Origin: Candidatus Bipolaricaulota bacterium | GTDB taxonomy: Bacteria > Bipolaricaulota > Bipolaricaulia > UBA7950 > UBA9294 | Reading direction: 5' to 3' | Assembly: GCA_040752575.1 (NCBI GenBank) | Contig: JBFMGK010000072.1 | Span: 1-26,144, forward strand | DNA: 26,144 nt | Shown: positions 9,235 through 16,753 of the stretch, piece after piece | Numbering within the stretch: the stretch's first letter is position 1 | Layout of the letters: each line of letters starts with the position of its first letter | The notes under the pieces: generated by a model | What the model was told of the DNA's origin: nothing | What the model saw: only the letters and a program-made list of their open reading frames with translations | The model's database searches: none | Translations under genes and position numbers: made by a program

Positions 9235-9908
9235 TCGTCGCCTGCGTAGCCCTGTTCGGCCTGTCGCTCCCGCTCGATGCGGATCTGCCGCGCCCGATCG
9301 GACAGCTCTCGGACTACGGTGCGGTCTTTGACCGCCACGATCGCGATGAGATCCACGGTCTTCTCGAAGACGTTCGAACCCGCCTCGGCCTCGAAGTCTA
9401 CATCCTGATCAGTTGGGAGAGCCCGTATCCGACCGTGCGGGAGTACGCCGACGCGGTGTTTGGCGCCTGGGGTCTTGGCGGGAAGAACGCACTCCTTCTC
9501 GTGTTTCTCCGCGCCGCGGGGGACTGGAGCGCGTCGGCCGTCATGAGCCCGTCGGCAAGGACGCGGCTCGGCCCGCTTGACCGTACCGTGATCGAGCGTA
9601 CGGCCGACCTCGTCCTTCACGATCGCATCGAAGAGGCAACGCGCTTGGTCCTCTCGGAGCTCCAGGATCTCCCTTCGGCACAGCAGCCGGCGCAGACGCA
9701 GCCGGGCGCTGGCGTCTCCTCGGCAGCGAAGGCGTCGCCCCTCGTCGTGATCCTCCCCACGGTCGGCGGCGTGCTGATCCTCGCCTGGGTGGTCTCGCGC
9801 CGCGTTTGTCCGCGGTGCGGTCGGTGGCTGCGCGTCCAGCCGGTCCGATTTCGCAGCGCACGCAGCCGCCGCGTATACTCGTGCCGCCGCTGCGGCTATC
9901 GCCGCTAG
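9198..9908 (+). CDS. TPM-domain (TLP18.3/Psb32/MOLO-1) membrane protein with C-terminal zinc ribbon
   Basis: Signal peptide, P.P.G.LSDYGAVF...EYADAVFGAWGLG..NALLLV, TM helix, then CPRC...CRRCGY. Confidence 0.8.
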   Translation: MRTLLAHSLRLLIVACVALFGLSLPLDADLPRPIGQLSDYGAVFDRHDRDEIHGLLEDVRTRLGLEVYILISWESPYPTVREYADAVFGAWGLGGKNALLLVFLRAAGDWSASAVMSPSARTRLGPLDRTVIERTADLVLHDRIEEATRLVLSELQDLPSAQQPAQTQPGAGVSSAAKASPLVVILPTVGGVLILAWVVSRRVCPRCGRWLRVQPVRFRSARSRRVYSCRRCGYRR

Positions 9909-9909
9909 C

Positions 9910-10256
9910 GGACGGGAGAAGGTCAGAGAGACGCCGTCGGCGGGGCAACCCGCCGTGCGGAGGAAAGTCCGGACTCCATAGGGCAGGCCACTGGGGAAAT
10001 CCCAGCGGGGGCGACCCTCGGGAAAGTGCAACAGAGAGCAGACCGCCGATGGCCCGCGGCAGCGGGATCAGGTAAGGGTGAAACGGTGGTGCAAGAGACC
10101 ACCAGCGGTCCGGGTGACCGGCCGGCTCGGCAAACCCTGGTCGGAGCAAGGCCAAGTAAGAAGGCGCAGAAGAACGGCCCGTTCGAGCCTTCGGGTAGGC
10201 CGCCTAGATGAATGTCTCTCCTCGACAGAATCCGGCTTACCGACCTTCTCCCGTCT
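9910..10256 (+). ncRNA. rnpB: RNase P RNA, bacterial type A, lacking P18
   Basis: GAGGAAAGTCCGGACTC, GGAAAGTGCAACAGAGAGCAGACCG, GGGTGAAACGGTGG, GGCAAACC, GGAGCAAGGCCAA, ACAGAATCCGGCTTA. Terminal P1 GACGGGAGAAGGTC / GACCTTCTCCCGTC. Confidence 0.98.
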
Positions 10257-10311
10257 GCCGAACGAGGTCGCGCGAACACGCGAAAACTCCACACCGCGGA
10301 CACAATTGCGC

Positions 10312-10340
10312 TTGCCGCGTTCGGCGGCCGTTCGTATACT
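10312..10340 (+). promoter_or_regulatory. sigma70-type promoter for metallopeptidase-rpe-ribD
   Basis: TTGCCG (10312-10317), 17 bp, TATACT (10335-10340); SD GGAGG at 10357-10361. Confidence 0.75.
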
Positions 10341-10369
10341 GCCGCCGATAGCCAGAGGAGGCGGTCGCG

Positions 10370-11047
10370 ATGATCTTCGATTTCACGAGTCTGCTGATTC
10401 TCCTACCAGCGCTCGCCCTCGCCGCCTACGCACAGTGGAGAGTGCGTTCGACCTACGCGCGCTACGCGACCGTCAGCGTCATGCGAAACACGACCGCCGA
10501 GGACGTGGCGCGGCGAATCCTCAGCGCCGAGTACGTCCAGGGCGTGAGCTTCGAGCCGGTCGATCGCGCTCTTGGTGATCACTACGATCCGCGGAAGAAG
10601 GTGCTGCGGCTCTCGGCGCCCGGCTCCAACTCGGTCGCTGCGATCGGCGTCGCCGCGCACGAGGCGGGGCATGCCCTGCAGCACGCGAAGAACTTTGCGC
10701 CCCTTGCCCTTCGGTCGACTCTAGTCCCTGTCGCCAACCTCGGTTCGCAGCTTGCGTTCCCCCTGTTTTTCGTGGGGCTTCTCACCCAGGTTCCGACGCT
10801 CATGACAGCCGGCATTGTGCTGTTCTCGGCTGCCGTCCTTTTCACCCTGGTCACGCTCCCTGTGGAGTTCGACGCCAGCCGGCGAGCCGTTCTTGCGCTG
10901 GAGCAGTCGGGCGTCATGACCACCGAGGAGCTCGGCGGCGTGCGAGAGGTCCTCTCGGCGGCCGCCTTGACCTACGTCGCCGCCGCGGCGATGGCGGCGC
11001 TGCAACTGGTGAGACTGCTTCTCCTCGCCAACAGCCGCCGGCGATGA
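10370..11047 (+). CDS. Membrane neutral zinc metallopeptidase (YugP / Zn_peptidase_2 family)
   Basis: LGDHYDP..K.LRLS, SVAAIGVAAHEAGHALQH (HExxH), LVTLPVEFDASRRA, VLSAAALTYVA. Confidence 0.93.
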   Translation: MIFDFTSLLILLPALALAAYAQWRVRSTYARYATVSVMRNTTAEDVARRILSAEYVQGVSFEPVDRALGDHYDPRKKVLRLSAPGSNSVAAIGVAAHEAGHALQHAKNFAPLALRSTLVPVANLGSQLAFPLFFVGLLTQVPTLMTAGIVLFSAAVLFTLVTLPVEFDASRRAVLALEQSGVMTTEELGGVREVLSAAALTYVAAAAMAALQLVRLLLLANSRRR

Positions 11048-11685
11048 AGCTCGCGCCGTCGCTGCTCTCGGCCGACTTCGCGCGTTTGCTCGAGGAAGCG
11101 CTGTCGGTCCTATCGTTGGCCTCGCGATTCCACTGGGACGTCATGGACGGACACTTTGTCCCGAACCTCACGTTCGGCCCTCCCGTGGTGAATGCCCTAC
11201 GAGATCGGCTGCCCACGCCGTTCGATATCCACCTCATGATCGACCGACCTGCACAGTACGCCCCACGGTTTCGCGTCATCCCCGGCGATCGGATCATCTT
11301 CCACCTGGAGAGTGAAGACGCGCCCCAGGATGCCCTCGAGGCCATCCGATCCGTCGGCGCCGGTGCGGGGATCTGCCTCCGTCCCGGCACGCCTCTGGAG
11401 ACCGTTCTCCCCTGGCTCGACGAGGTCCAGTCCGTGCTCGTCATGAGCGTCGAACCCGGCTTCGGAGGCCAGACGTTCCTGCCGCAAACGCTCGGTCGGA
11501 TCCGCGATCTCGCCAAGGCCATCGGCAACCGCCCGATCGAGATCGCCGTCGACGGCGGGATCGGTCCTCAGACGGCGCGCGCGGCGGTCGAAGCGGGCGC
11601 CGAGGTCCTCGTCGCGGGCTCAGCCATCTTCTCGGCAGCCGACCGCCTCGCGGCGATGAAGCGCTTGTGGGAGGCCGCCGCGTGA
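11044..11685 (+). CDS. rpe: Ribulose-phosphate 3-epimerase
   Basis: APSLLSADF, HWDVMDGHFVPNLTFG, DIHLM, VMSVEPGFGGQ, VDGGI, VAGSAIF. Confidence 0.97.
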   Translation: MKLAPSLLSADFARLLEEALSVLSLASRFHWDVMDGHFVPNLTFGPPVVNALRDRLPTPFDIHLMIDRPAQYAPRFRVIPGDRIIFHLESEDAPQDALEAIRSVGAGAGICLRPGTPLETVLPWLDEVQSVLVMSVEPGFGGQTFLPQTLGRIRDLAKAIGNRPIEIAVDGGIGPQTARAAVEAGAEVLVAGSAIFSAADRLAAMKRLWEAAA

Positions 11686-12776
11686 CCGATGCGGACTTCA
11701 TGCGACTCGCGCTCGATCTCGCGGAGATCGCGGAGGGCGACACGTCGCCCAACCCCCTCGTCGGCGCCGTCGTCGTCCGCGACGGCGTCGTCATCGGGCG
11801 CGGCTACCACCGGAACTGCGGCGGGCCGCACGCCGAGACTTTCGCCCTTGACGAAGCCGGAGACGCCGCCCGCGGCGCAGACCTTTATGTAACGCTCGAG
11901 CCCTGTTGCCACGTCGGACGCACGCCTCCGTGCACGGATCGCATCTTGGCGGCGGGAATCCGCCGTGTCGTGGTCGCCACGGAGGACCCCAACCCCGTCG
12001 TCGCAGGGCGAGGCATCGACAAGCTTCGCGCCGCCGGCGTCCACGTCGAGGTTGGCCTCCTCCGCCCCGATGCCGAGCGGCAGACGGAGATCTTCCGCAC
12101 GTTCGTCACCACGGGGCGGCCGTTCGTCCACCTTAAACTCGCGGTGAGTCTCGACGGCCGGATTGCCACCCGAACTGGAGCTTCGCAGTGGATCACGGGA
12201 GAAGAAGCTCAGCGCATCGCGCATCGCCTGCGTCGCCGGCATGCGGTCGTCCTGATCGGATCGACAACCGCCCGGCGCGACGACCCAAGGCTCAGCGTGC
12301 GGCACGTGGTCGGGCGGACGCCCGCGGCCGTCGTGGTGGACCGTCGTGGCGAGGTGTCCCCAGAGGCACGCCTGTTCCGTGAGCCCGGGCGCCAGACGTT
12401 CGTCGCCGCAGCGCACGTCTCCGCCAAGGCGCTGGAAGCGCTACGTGGCGTCGGATGCGAAGTCCTCCATGCTCCGTCCGCGCAGGGCGACGTGGACCTC
12501 TCTCGGTTGCTCGACGAACTCGGACGGCGCGGATACGACTCCGTGCTCGTCGAGGGCGGCGGGGAAACCGCCGCGGGATTCCTGGCTGCGGGACTCGTGC
12601 ACCGGGTGACGTTCTTCATCGCCCCCTTGTTGATCGGCGGCCGAGAGGCGGTACCGGCCGTCGGCGGGCGCGGCCCGGAAGACCTCGCCGGCGCCCTCCG
12701 CCTTTCGCACGTGAGCGCCACGTGGGCGGGCCCTGACCTCGTCTACACTGGACTCGTTGCGCGACCCGGGGCATAG
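11682..12776 (+). CDS. ribD: Bifunctional riboflavin-pathway deaminase/reductase
   Basis: TSPNPLVGAV, HAE, VTLEPCCHVGRTPPC, LKLAVSLDG, SQWITG, VEGGG. Start placed at GTG 11682 (GTGA overlap with rpe, SD GGGAGG). Confidence 0.96.
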   Translation: MTDADFMRLALDLAEIAEGDTSPNPLVGAVVVRDGVVIGRGYHRNCGGPHAETFALDEAGDAARGADLYVTLEPCCHVGRTPPCTDRILAAGIRRVVVATEDPNPVVAGRGIDKLRAAGVHVEVGLLRPDAERQTEIFRTFVTTGRPFVHLKLAVSLDGRIATRTGASQWITGEEAQRIAHRLRRRHAVVLIGSTTARRDDPRLSVRHVVGRTPAAVVVDRRGEVSPEARLFREPGRQTFVAAAHVSAKALEALRGVGCEVLHAPSAQGDVDLSRLLDELGRRGYDSVLVEGGGETAAGFLAAGLVHRVTFFIAPLLIGGREAVPAVGGRGPEDLAGALRLSHVSATWAGPDLVYTGLVARPGA

Positions 12777-13750
12777 CCGTGGTCTCTGTACCACTCGACG
12801 GCCTCGCGCAGCACGTCCTCAATCGGCGTCTGCGGCAATCCGAGTTCGCGCACGGCCTTCGCCGGGTTGTAGAACATGAGGTGCCGCGCCATGCGTACGG
12901 TGTCGAGGGTCAGGCGCGGCGTGCTTCCGCGCAGCCTTGAAGCGCCTTCATTCCATGCGGCCGCAACCATCAGAGGAGCGATGGGCAACCGAAGGCGGGG
13001 GGCGGTGCGGCCGCTCACCCGCGCGAGGATCTCAAGGAACTCCCGCATCGTGAGATTCACGCCGCCCAAGATGTAACGCTCGCCCGTTCGACCCTTCTCG
13101 GCGGCAAGCACATGGCCCTGCGCCACGTCGCGGACGGAGACCACGTTCATCCCCGTGTCCACGTAGGCGGGCATTCGACCGCAGAGGAAGTCGACGAGGA
13201 CCTGCCCCGTCGGCGTCGGCTTAGCATCGCCGGGACCGACGGGGAAGGAAGGGTTCACGATGACGACGCGCAGCCCGGCGCGAACGAACTCCTCCGTCAC
13301 GGCTTCTGCCTCGTACTTGCTGCGTTTGTATGCCCCGACGATTCGCCTCGCGTCGACCGGCGTGGCTTCGTCGGCCACCTCGCCGCGATGCGGAACCGCG
13401 AGAGCAGCCACAGAACTGGTGTGGACGACCACGGAGACCCCAGCTGCTTGTGACGCTGCGAGGACCGTCCGCGTCCCGCCCACATTGATATCGCGCATTT
13501 CGTCCGACCGCGGAGCCCACAGCGCATAGCGTGCTGCCACGTGGAACACTCGGTCGCAGCCGCGGACCGCCGCAGCCACCGCCACAGGATCGCGCACGTC
13601 GCCCCGAACAACGTCAACGGGCAGGAGGCGGAGAGACGGAGGGGGCTCGGAATCGCGGACCAGAGCGCGCACCTCGTCTCCCGCAGCGAGCAGGGCCCGC
13701 ACAACGTGCGAGCCAATGAATCCTGCTGCACCGGTCACCAGAGAACGCAT
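12743..13750 (-). CDS. hpnA: NAD-dependent epimerase/dehydratase, HpnA-like (hopanoid-associated sugar epimerase family)
   Basis: LVTGAAGFIG, FHVAARYALW, HTSSVA, YKRSK, GPGDAKPTPTG, MPAYVDTGMNVV. Start placed at ATG 13750 behind SD GGGGAGG. Confidence 0.85.
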   Translation of the reverse strand: MRSLVTGAAGFIGSHVVRALLAAGDEVRALVRDSEPPPSLRLLPVDVVRGDVRDPVAVAAAVRGCDRVFHVAARYALWAPRSDEMRDINVGGTRTVLAASQAAGVSVVVHTSSVAALAVPHRGEVADEATPVDARRIVGAYKRSKYEAEAVTEEFVRAGLRVVIVNPSFPVGPGDAKPTPTGQVLVDFLCGRMPAYVDTGMNVVSVRDVAQGHVLAAEKGRTGERYILGGVNLTMREFLEILARVSGRTAPRLRLPIAPLMVAAAWNEGASRLRGSTPRLTLDTVRMARHLMFYNPAKAVRELGLPQTPIEDVLREAVEWYRDHGYAPGRATSPV

Positions 13751-13762
13751 GACGATCGCCCT

Positions 13763-13963
13763 CCCCGCGCAGAGCCGCAGGCGTCCGTGCGGAGGCAGGG
13801 CGATTGCCCCACCTCCGGGCTGCGCGACCCGGATACGGCGTGTCCTCAGCCCTTCCGCGACCCACACGCCCCGCTGCTCGCGACTCCGTAGGTCACGCGT
13901 TGGCCTCAGGAAGCGTGCAGCGCCACACACCGCGCCTCGAGCACCTGCCCTCTCTGCGCGGGG
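13763..13963 (-). ncRNA. Candidate structured RNA (~200 nt); identity unknown (6S-like RNA or hpnA leader)
   Basis: Perfect 12-bp terminal inverted repeat CCCCGCGCAGAG/CTCTGCGCGGGG enclosing further nested helices whose G-U pairs work only on the minus strand. Confidence 0.45.
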
Positions 13964-13985
13964 CGGCATGGACAGCCGATCCGGC

Positions 13986-14014
13986 AAAGCAAAGCGCCGG
14001 CCGGAGCCGGCGCC
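13986..14014 (-). terminator. Probable intrinsic terminator after tRNA-Val
   Basis: Minus strand GGCGCCGGC-TCCG-GCCGGCGCT followed by TTGCTTT (interrupted U tract). Confidence 0.65.
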
Positions 14015-14020
14015 TCAGAG

Positions 14021-14093
14021 TGGGCGATGCAGGGCTCGAACCTGCGACCTCTCGGATGTGACCCGAACGCTCTCCCAGCTGAGCTAATCGCCC
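14021..14093 (-). tRNA. tRNA-Val (anticodon CAC), CCA not encoded
   Basis: GGGCGAT/ATCGCCC-A acceptor, GCTC/GAGC D stem, TTCGG-GT-CAC-AT-CCGAG anticodon arm, GCAGG-TTCGAGC-CCTGC T arm. 73 nt. Confidence 0.97.
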
Positions 14094-14127
14094 ATTGCCC
14101 GCCGGATCATGCACGGGACATCGTTCC

Positions 14128-14156
14128 ATTCTAGCTTCTCGCTGCAACTCGATCAA
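14128..14156 (-). promoter_or_regulatory. sigma70-type promoter for tRNA-Val
   Basis: TTGATC (14156-14151), 17 bp, TAGAAT (14133-14128). Confidence 0.75.
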
Positions 14157-15397
14157 GCGTCGAACTTCGCGTTCTCGAGCATGTCCGCGAGGCTCTCGCC
14201 TCGCCGCTTGCGCGTGATTTCGACGAGACCCAAGGCGGTCATGTCGACGAAATCCGCGGAGACTCTGTCCTTCTTCAGCTCTTCCTTGACGCGCTCGATC
14301 ACCTGTTCGACATGCGCCGGCTCTTCCATATCAACGAAGTCCACGACGATGATCCCGCTCATCTGCCGCAGCCGAAGCTGCCGCGCGATCTCCGTCGCCG
14401 CCTCGAGATTCGTGTTCAGGATCGCCGCTTCTTGGTTGCGATGCCGGACGTCGCCGCCGGTGTTGACGTCGATCGCGATCAGGGCTTCGGTCTCGTCGAT
14501 GACCAGCGAGCCGCCGCCGACCAGCGGGACGCGCCGCGACAAGCTCTCCTGAATCTGCCGCTCGATGTCGTACTTGGCAAACAGCGGCTCCGGCCCTTTG
14601 TGAAGACGGACCTTCGCCTTGAAGGACGCCATCTGCATGTAGTCCAAGAATGAGTGGATCTTCTCGAAGAAGAACGGCGAGTCGACGACGACCTCGTGGA
14701 TGTCCGGTCCGAGCCAGTCCCGGAGCACCGTCTGCACGAGCCCCATGGCCTTGTACAGCAGCCTAGGCCCCGTAGCCGGTTTGGCCGCGGCCTCGACGCG
14801 CTCCCAGCTTTCGACGAGCAGGTGGAAGTCGCGCTCCAGATCCTCGTCGCTCGCCCACTGCGCCGCAGTGCGGGCGATGAGGCCCTCCGCGGGCCCTTTC
14901 AGCGCCCGTGCAACGCGCCGGATCCGCCGTTGCTCGCGCACCGACTCGACGCGACGCGACACCCCGAGGCGATCCTCGGTCGGCAGGTAGACCCAGAACC
15001 TCCCGGGGATGCTGATCTTCGTCGTCCCCTGCGGGTTCTTGCTGCCAATGCCATCGCGGCGCACCTGAAGGGTCACGAGTTGCCCCGGACGCAGCACCTT
15101 GCCGATCGTGTTGCCTGTCTGCCAAGGCTTGAGACCCTTCTCGTCGAGCATCCGCTCGTTGATCTCGCCCTGCGGCAGGAACAGGCTTTTCTTTTCTCCG
15201 ACATCGACGAACGCCGATCCCATCCCGGGAAGGACGTCTTCCACGCGGCCGCGGTAGATGTTGCCCACGAGCTTCTCATGTGACGGGTGCCCGTAGTAGA
15301 TCTCCATCAGATGGGGCCCCTCGACCAAGGCCACGCGGGTCCGTTTGTCTCCCTCCTCGGTCAAGTCGACCGAGATCAGGATTCTCTTGTCGCTGAT
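14153..15397 (-). CDS. rng: Ribonuclease E/G family endoribonuclease (catalytic domain only, RNase G size)
   Basis: TRVALVE, VGNIYRGRV..VLPGMGSAFVDVG (S1 domain), GLIARTAA, ETEALIAIDVNTG, TNLEAA.EIARQLRLRQMSGIIVVDFVDM, LGLVEITRKR. Start proposed at ATC 15397; the ORF track gives TTG 15364. Confidence 0.93.
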   Translation of the reverse strand: MSDKRILISVDLTEEGDKRTRVALVEGPHLMEIYYGHPSHEKLVGNIYRGRVEDVLPGMGSAFVDVGEKKSLFLPQGEINERMLDEKGLKPWQTGNTIGKVLRPGQLVTLQVRRDGIGSKNPQGTTKISIPGRFWVYLPTEDRLGVSRRVESVREQRRIRRVARALKGPAEGLIARTAAQWASDEDLERDFHLLVESWERVEAAAKPATGPRLLYKAMGLVQTVLRDWLGPDIHEVVVDSPFFFEKIHSFLDYMQMASFKAKVRLHKGPEPLFAKYDIERQIQESLSRRVPLVGGGSLVIDETEALIAIDVNTGGDVRHRNQEAAILNTNLEAATEIARQLRLRQMSGIIVVDFVDMEEPAHVEQVIERVKEELKKDRVSADFVDMTALGLVEITRKRRGESLADMLENAKFDA

Positions 15398-15909
15398 TTC
15401 GTCACCTTCTTTCCGTCATCAAGCCGCTCGAGAACAGCCCGATACAGCGTTCCGTCGCACGGATCCGCGGCCTCGGGGAAGATCTCCAGGAGCGGAACGA
15501 GGGCGAACCGACGCTCGCGGAGGCGAGGATGCGGGACGGTTAGTTCGGGCTCTTGGATCACGCGGCGTCCGTAGAGGAGGATGTCGATGTCGAGCGGCCG
15601 AGGTCCGAAACGTTCGCCCGCCGTCCGACCTGCCCGCCGCTCGACCGCCTTGCAGGCGGCCAGCAACTCGTGCGGCGAGAGATCCGTCAGTCCACGCGCC
15701 GCCCGGTTGAGGAACCACGGTTGATCCGCGACGCCGACGGGTTCGGTCTCGTAGAGCGCCGAGACGGCTTCCCAGACGATCCCGATGCCCTCGAGATCGC
15801 GCTCTGCCGTCCGCAACGCAGCCTCACGATCGCCGAGATTGGCGCCGAAAAGGAGGACGATCGGAGTCGCGGTCAGCCCCGCCGCCGCGTCACGTCGATT
15901 CGCGTGCAC
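15376..15909 (-). CDS. folK: 2-amino-4-hydroxy-6-hydroxymethyldihydropteridine diphosphokinase
   Basis: GANLGDR, SALYETEPVG..DQPWFLN, RFGPRPLDIDILLY, LTVPHPRLRERRFALVPL. Start uncertain (GTG 15909, or CTG 15876 overlapping the folB stop). Confidence 0.94.
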   Translation of the reverse strand: MHANRRDAAAGLTATPIVLLFGANLGDREAALRTAERDLEGIGIVWEAVSALYETEPVGVADQPWFLNRAARGLTDLSPHELLAACKAVERRAGRTAGERFGPRPLDIDILLYGRRVIQEPELTVPHPRLRERRFALVPLLEIFPEAADPCDGTLYRAVLERLDDGKKVTKSATRES

Positions 15910-16265
15910 GCCTTCCTTCCCCACGCGCGGAATTCCATCTTCCGAACCGTCACACGTGCCGCGGTCGCCCGCCCATTGCGCAGCAGGATCTCGTCGGCGA
16001 TCGCGGCCGCGAAGGACTCCACGAGGTGGTAGACCGTGCGCTCGTTGACGGCCCGGATCGTCTCGACCATGTCTTCGACATCGTAGGCGTCATCGAGGTC
16101 ATCACTTGCAGCAGCGGCACTCCAGTCCCCTTCGACGAGGACGTCAATCGCGAACCGCCGACCCACGCGCCGCTCGCGCTCGGTTACGCCGTGCCGCCCA
16201 CGCAGCTCGACTCCCAGCACGCCAACGCTCATCTCGCCTCTGGTCTCTGCAAGCGAAGAGGCCAC
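15873..16265 (-). CDS. folB: Dihydroneopterin aldolase family protein
   Basis: GRHGV..RER..G.RFAIDV, AAASDDLDD, LVESFAAAIA, VTVRK; adjacent to folK. Start uncertain (GTG 16265 with SD GGAGGT; alternatives ATG 16301 or 16232). Confidence 0.88.
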   Translation of the reverse strand: MASSLAETRGEMSVGVLGVELRGRHGVTERERRVGRRFAIDVLVEGDWSAAAASDDLDDAYDVEDMVETIRAVNERTVYHLVESFAAAIADEILLRNGRATAARVTVRKMEFRAWGRKACTRIDVTRRRG

Positions 16266-16363
16266 CGCGTGGGTGACCTCCACTGTGCTTCGCCCTGTCA
16301 TGGCTGGACGCGACCTTCCGCTCTCGCATGCGCCGCGCCCCGTGTCGTCGCGTACGCCCAACG

Positions 16364-16726
16364 TCAGCCCTTCACGGCCTCGCTCTTGGCCGTGTCCGCG
16401 AGGTGGGCGAACGTCTCAGGGTCGCGCACCGCGATGTCGGCCAGCATCTTACGGTTCAAGCCGATGCCCCGACGGGCCAATCCGCCCATCAAGGCGGAAT
16501 AGGAGGTTCCCTCTCGCTTCGCCGCCGCTCCGATCCGCACAATCCACAGACTGCGGAAGGTTCTCTTCTTCAGCCGGCGGCCGATGTAGCTGTTGCGAAG
16601 CGCCTTCATCACGGCCTGCTTCGCGACGCGATGGGCGTTGCCCCTCTTGCCCTTGAATCCTTTGGCAAACGAGAGGATCTTCTTCCGACTCTCTTTGCGC
16701 TTGTTTCCCCCACGCGCTCGTGGCAT
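16364..16726 (-). CDS. rplT: 50S ribosomal protein L20
   Basis: MPRA..KKILSFAKGFKG, RRLKKRTFRSLWIVRI, LNRKMLADIA; SD TAAGGAG. Confidence 0.98.
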   Translation of the reverse strand: MPRARGGNKRKESRKKILSFAKGFKGKRGNAHRVAKQAVMKALRNSYIGRRLKKRTFRSLWIVRIGAAAKREGTSYSALMGGLARRGIGLNRKMLADIAVRDPETFAHLADTAKSEAVKG

Positions 16727-16753
16727 CCCATTCTCCTTACGAATCTCGCGGGG

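Noticed and set aside
13780..13940. Lysine riboswitch reading (GAGGCGC, GGAAGG..CGCCG, AATC-loop hairpin)
   Set aside because: The loop-E AGUA/GAA and CUGUC...GGAG core elements were not found and the downstream gene is unrelated to lysine. Left as an unidentified structure.
13751..13987. 79-aa N-terminal extension of the HpnA-like ORF
   Set aside because: The Rossmann motif begins right after ATG 13750, which has a good SD. The extension looks like translated non-coding sequence.
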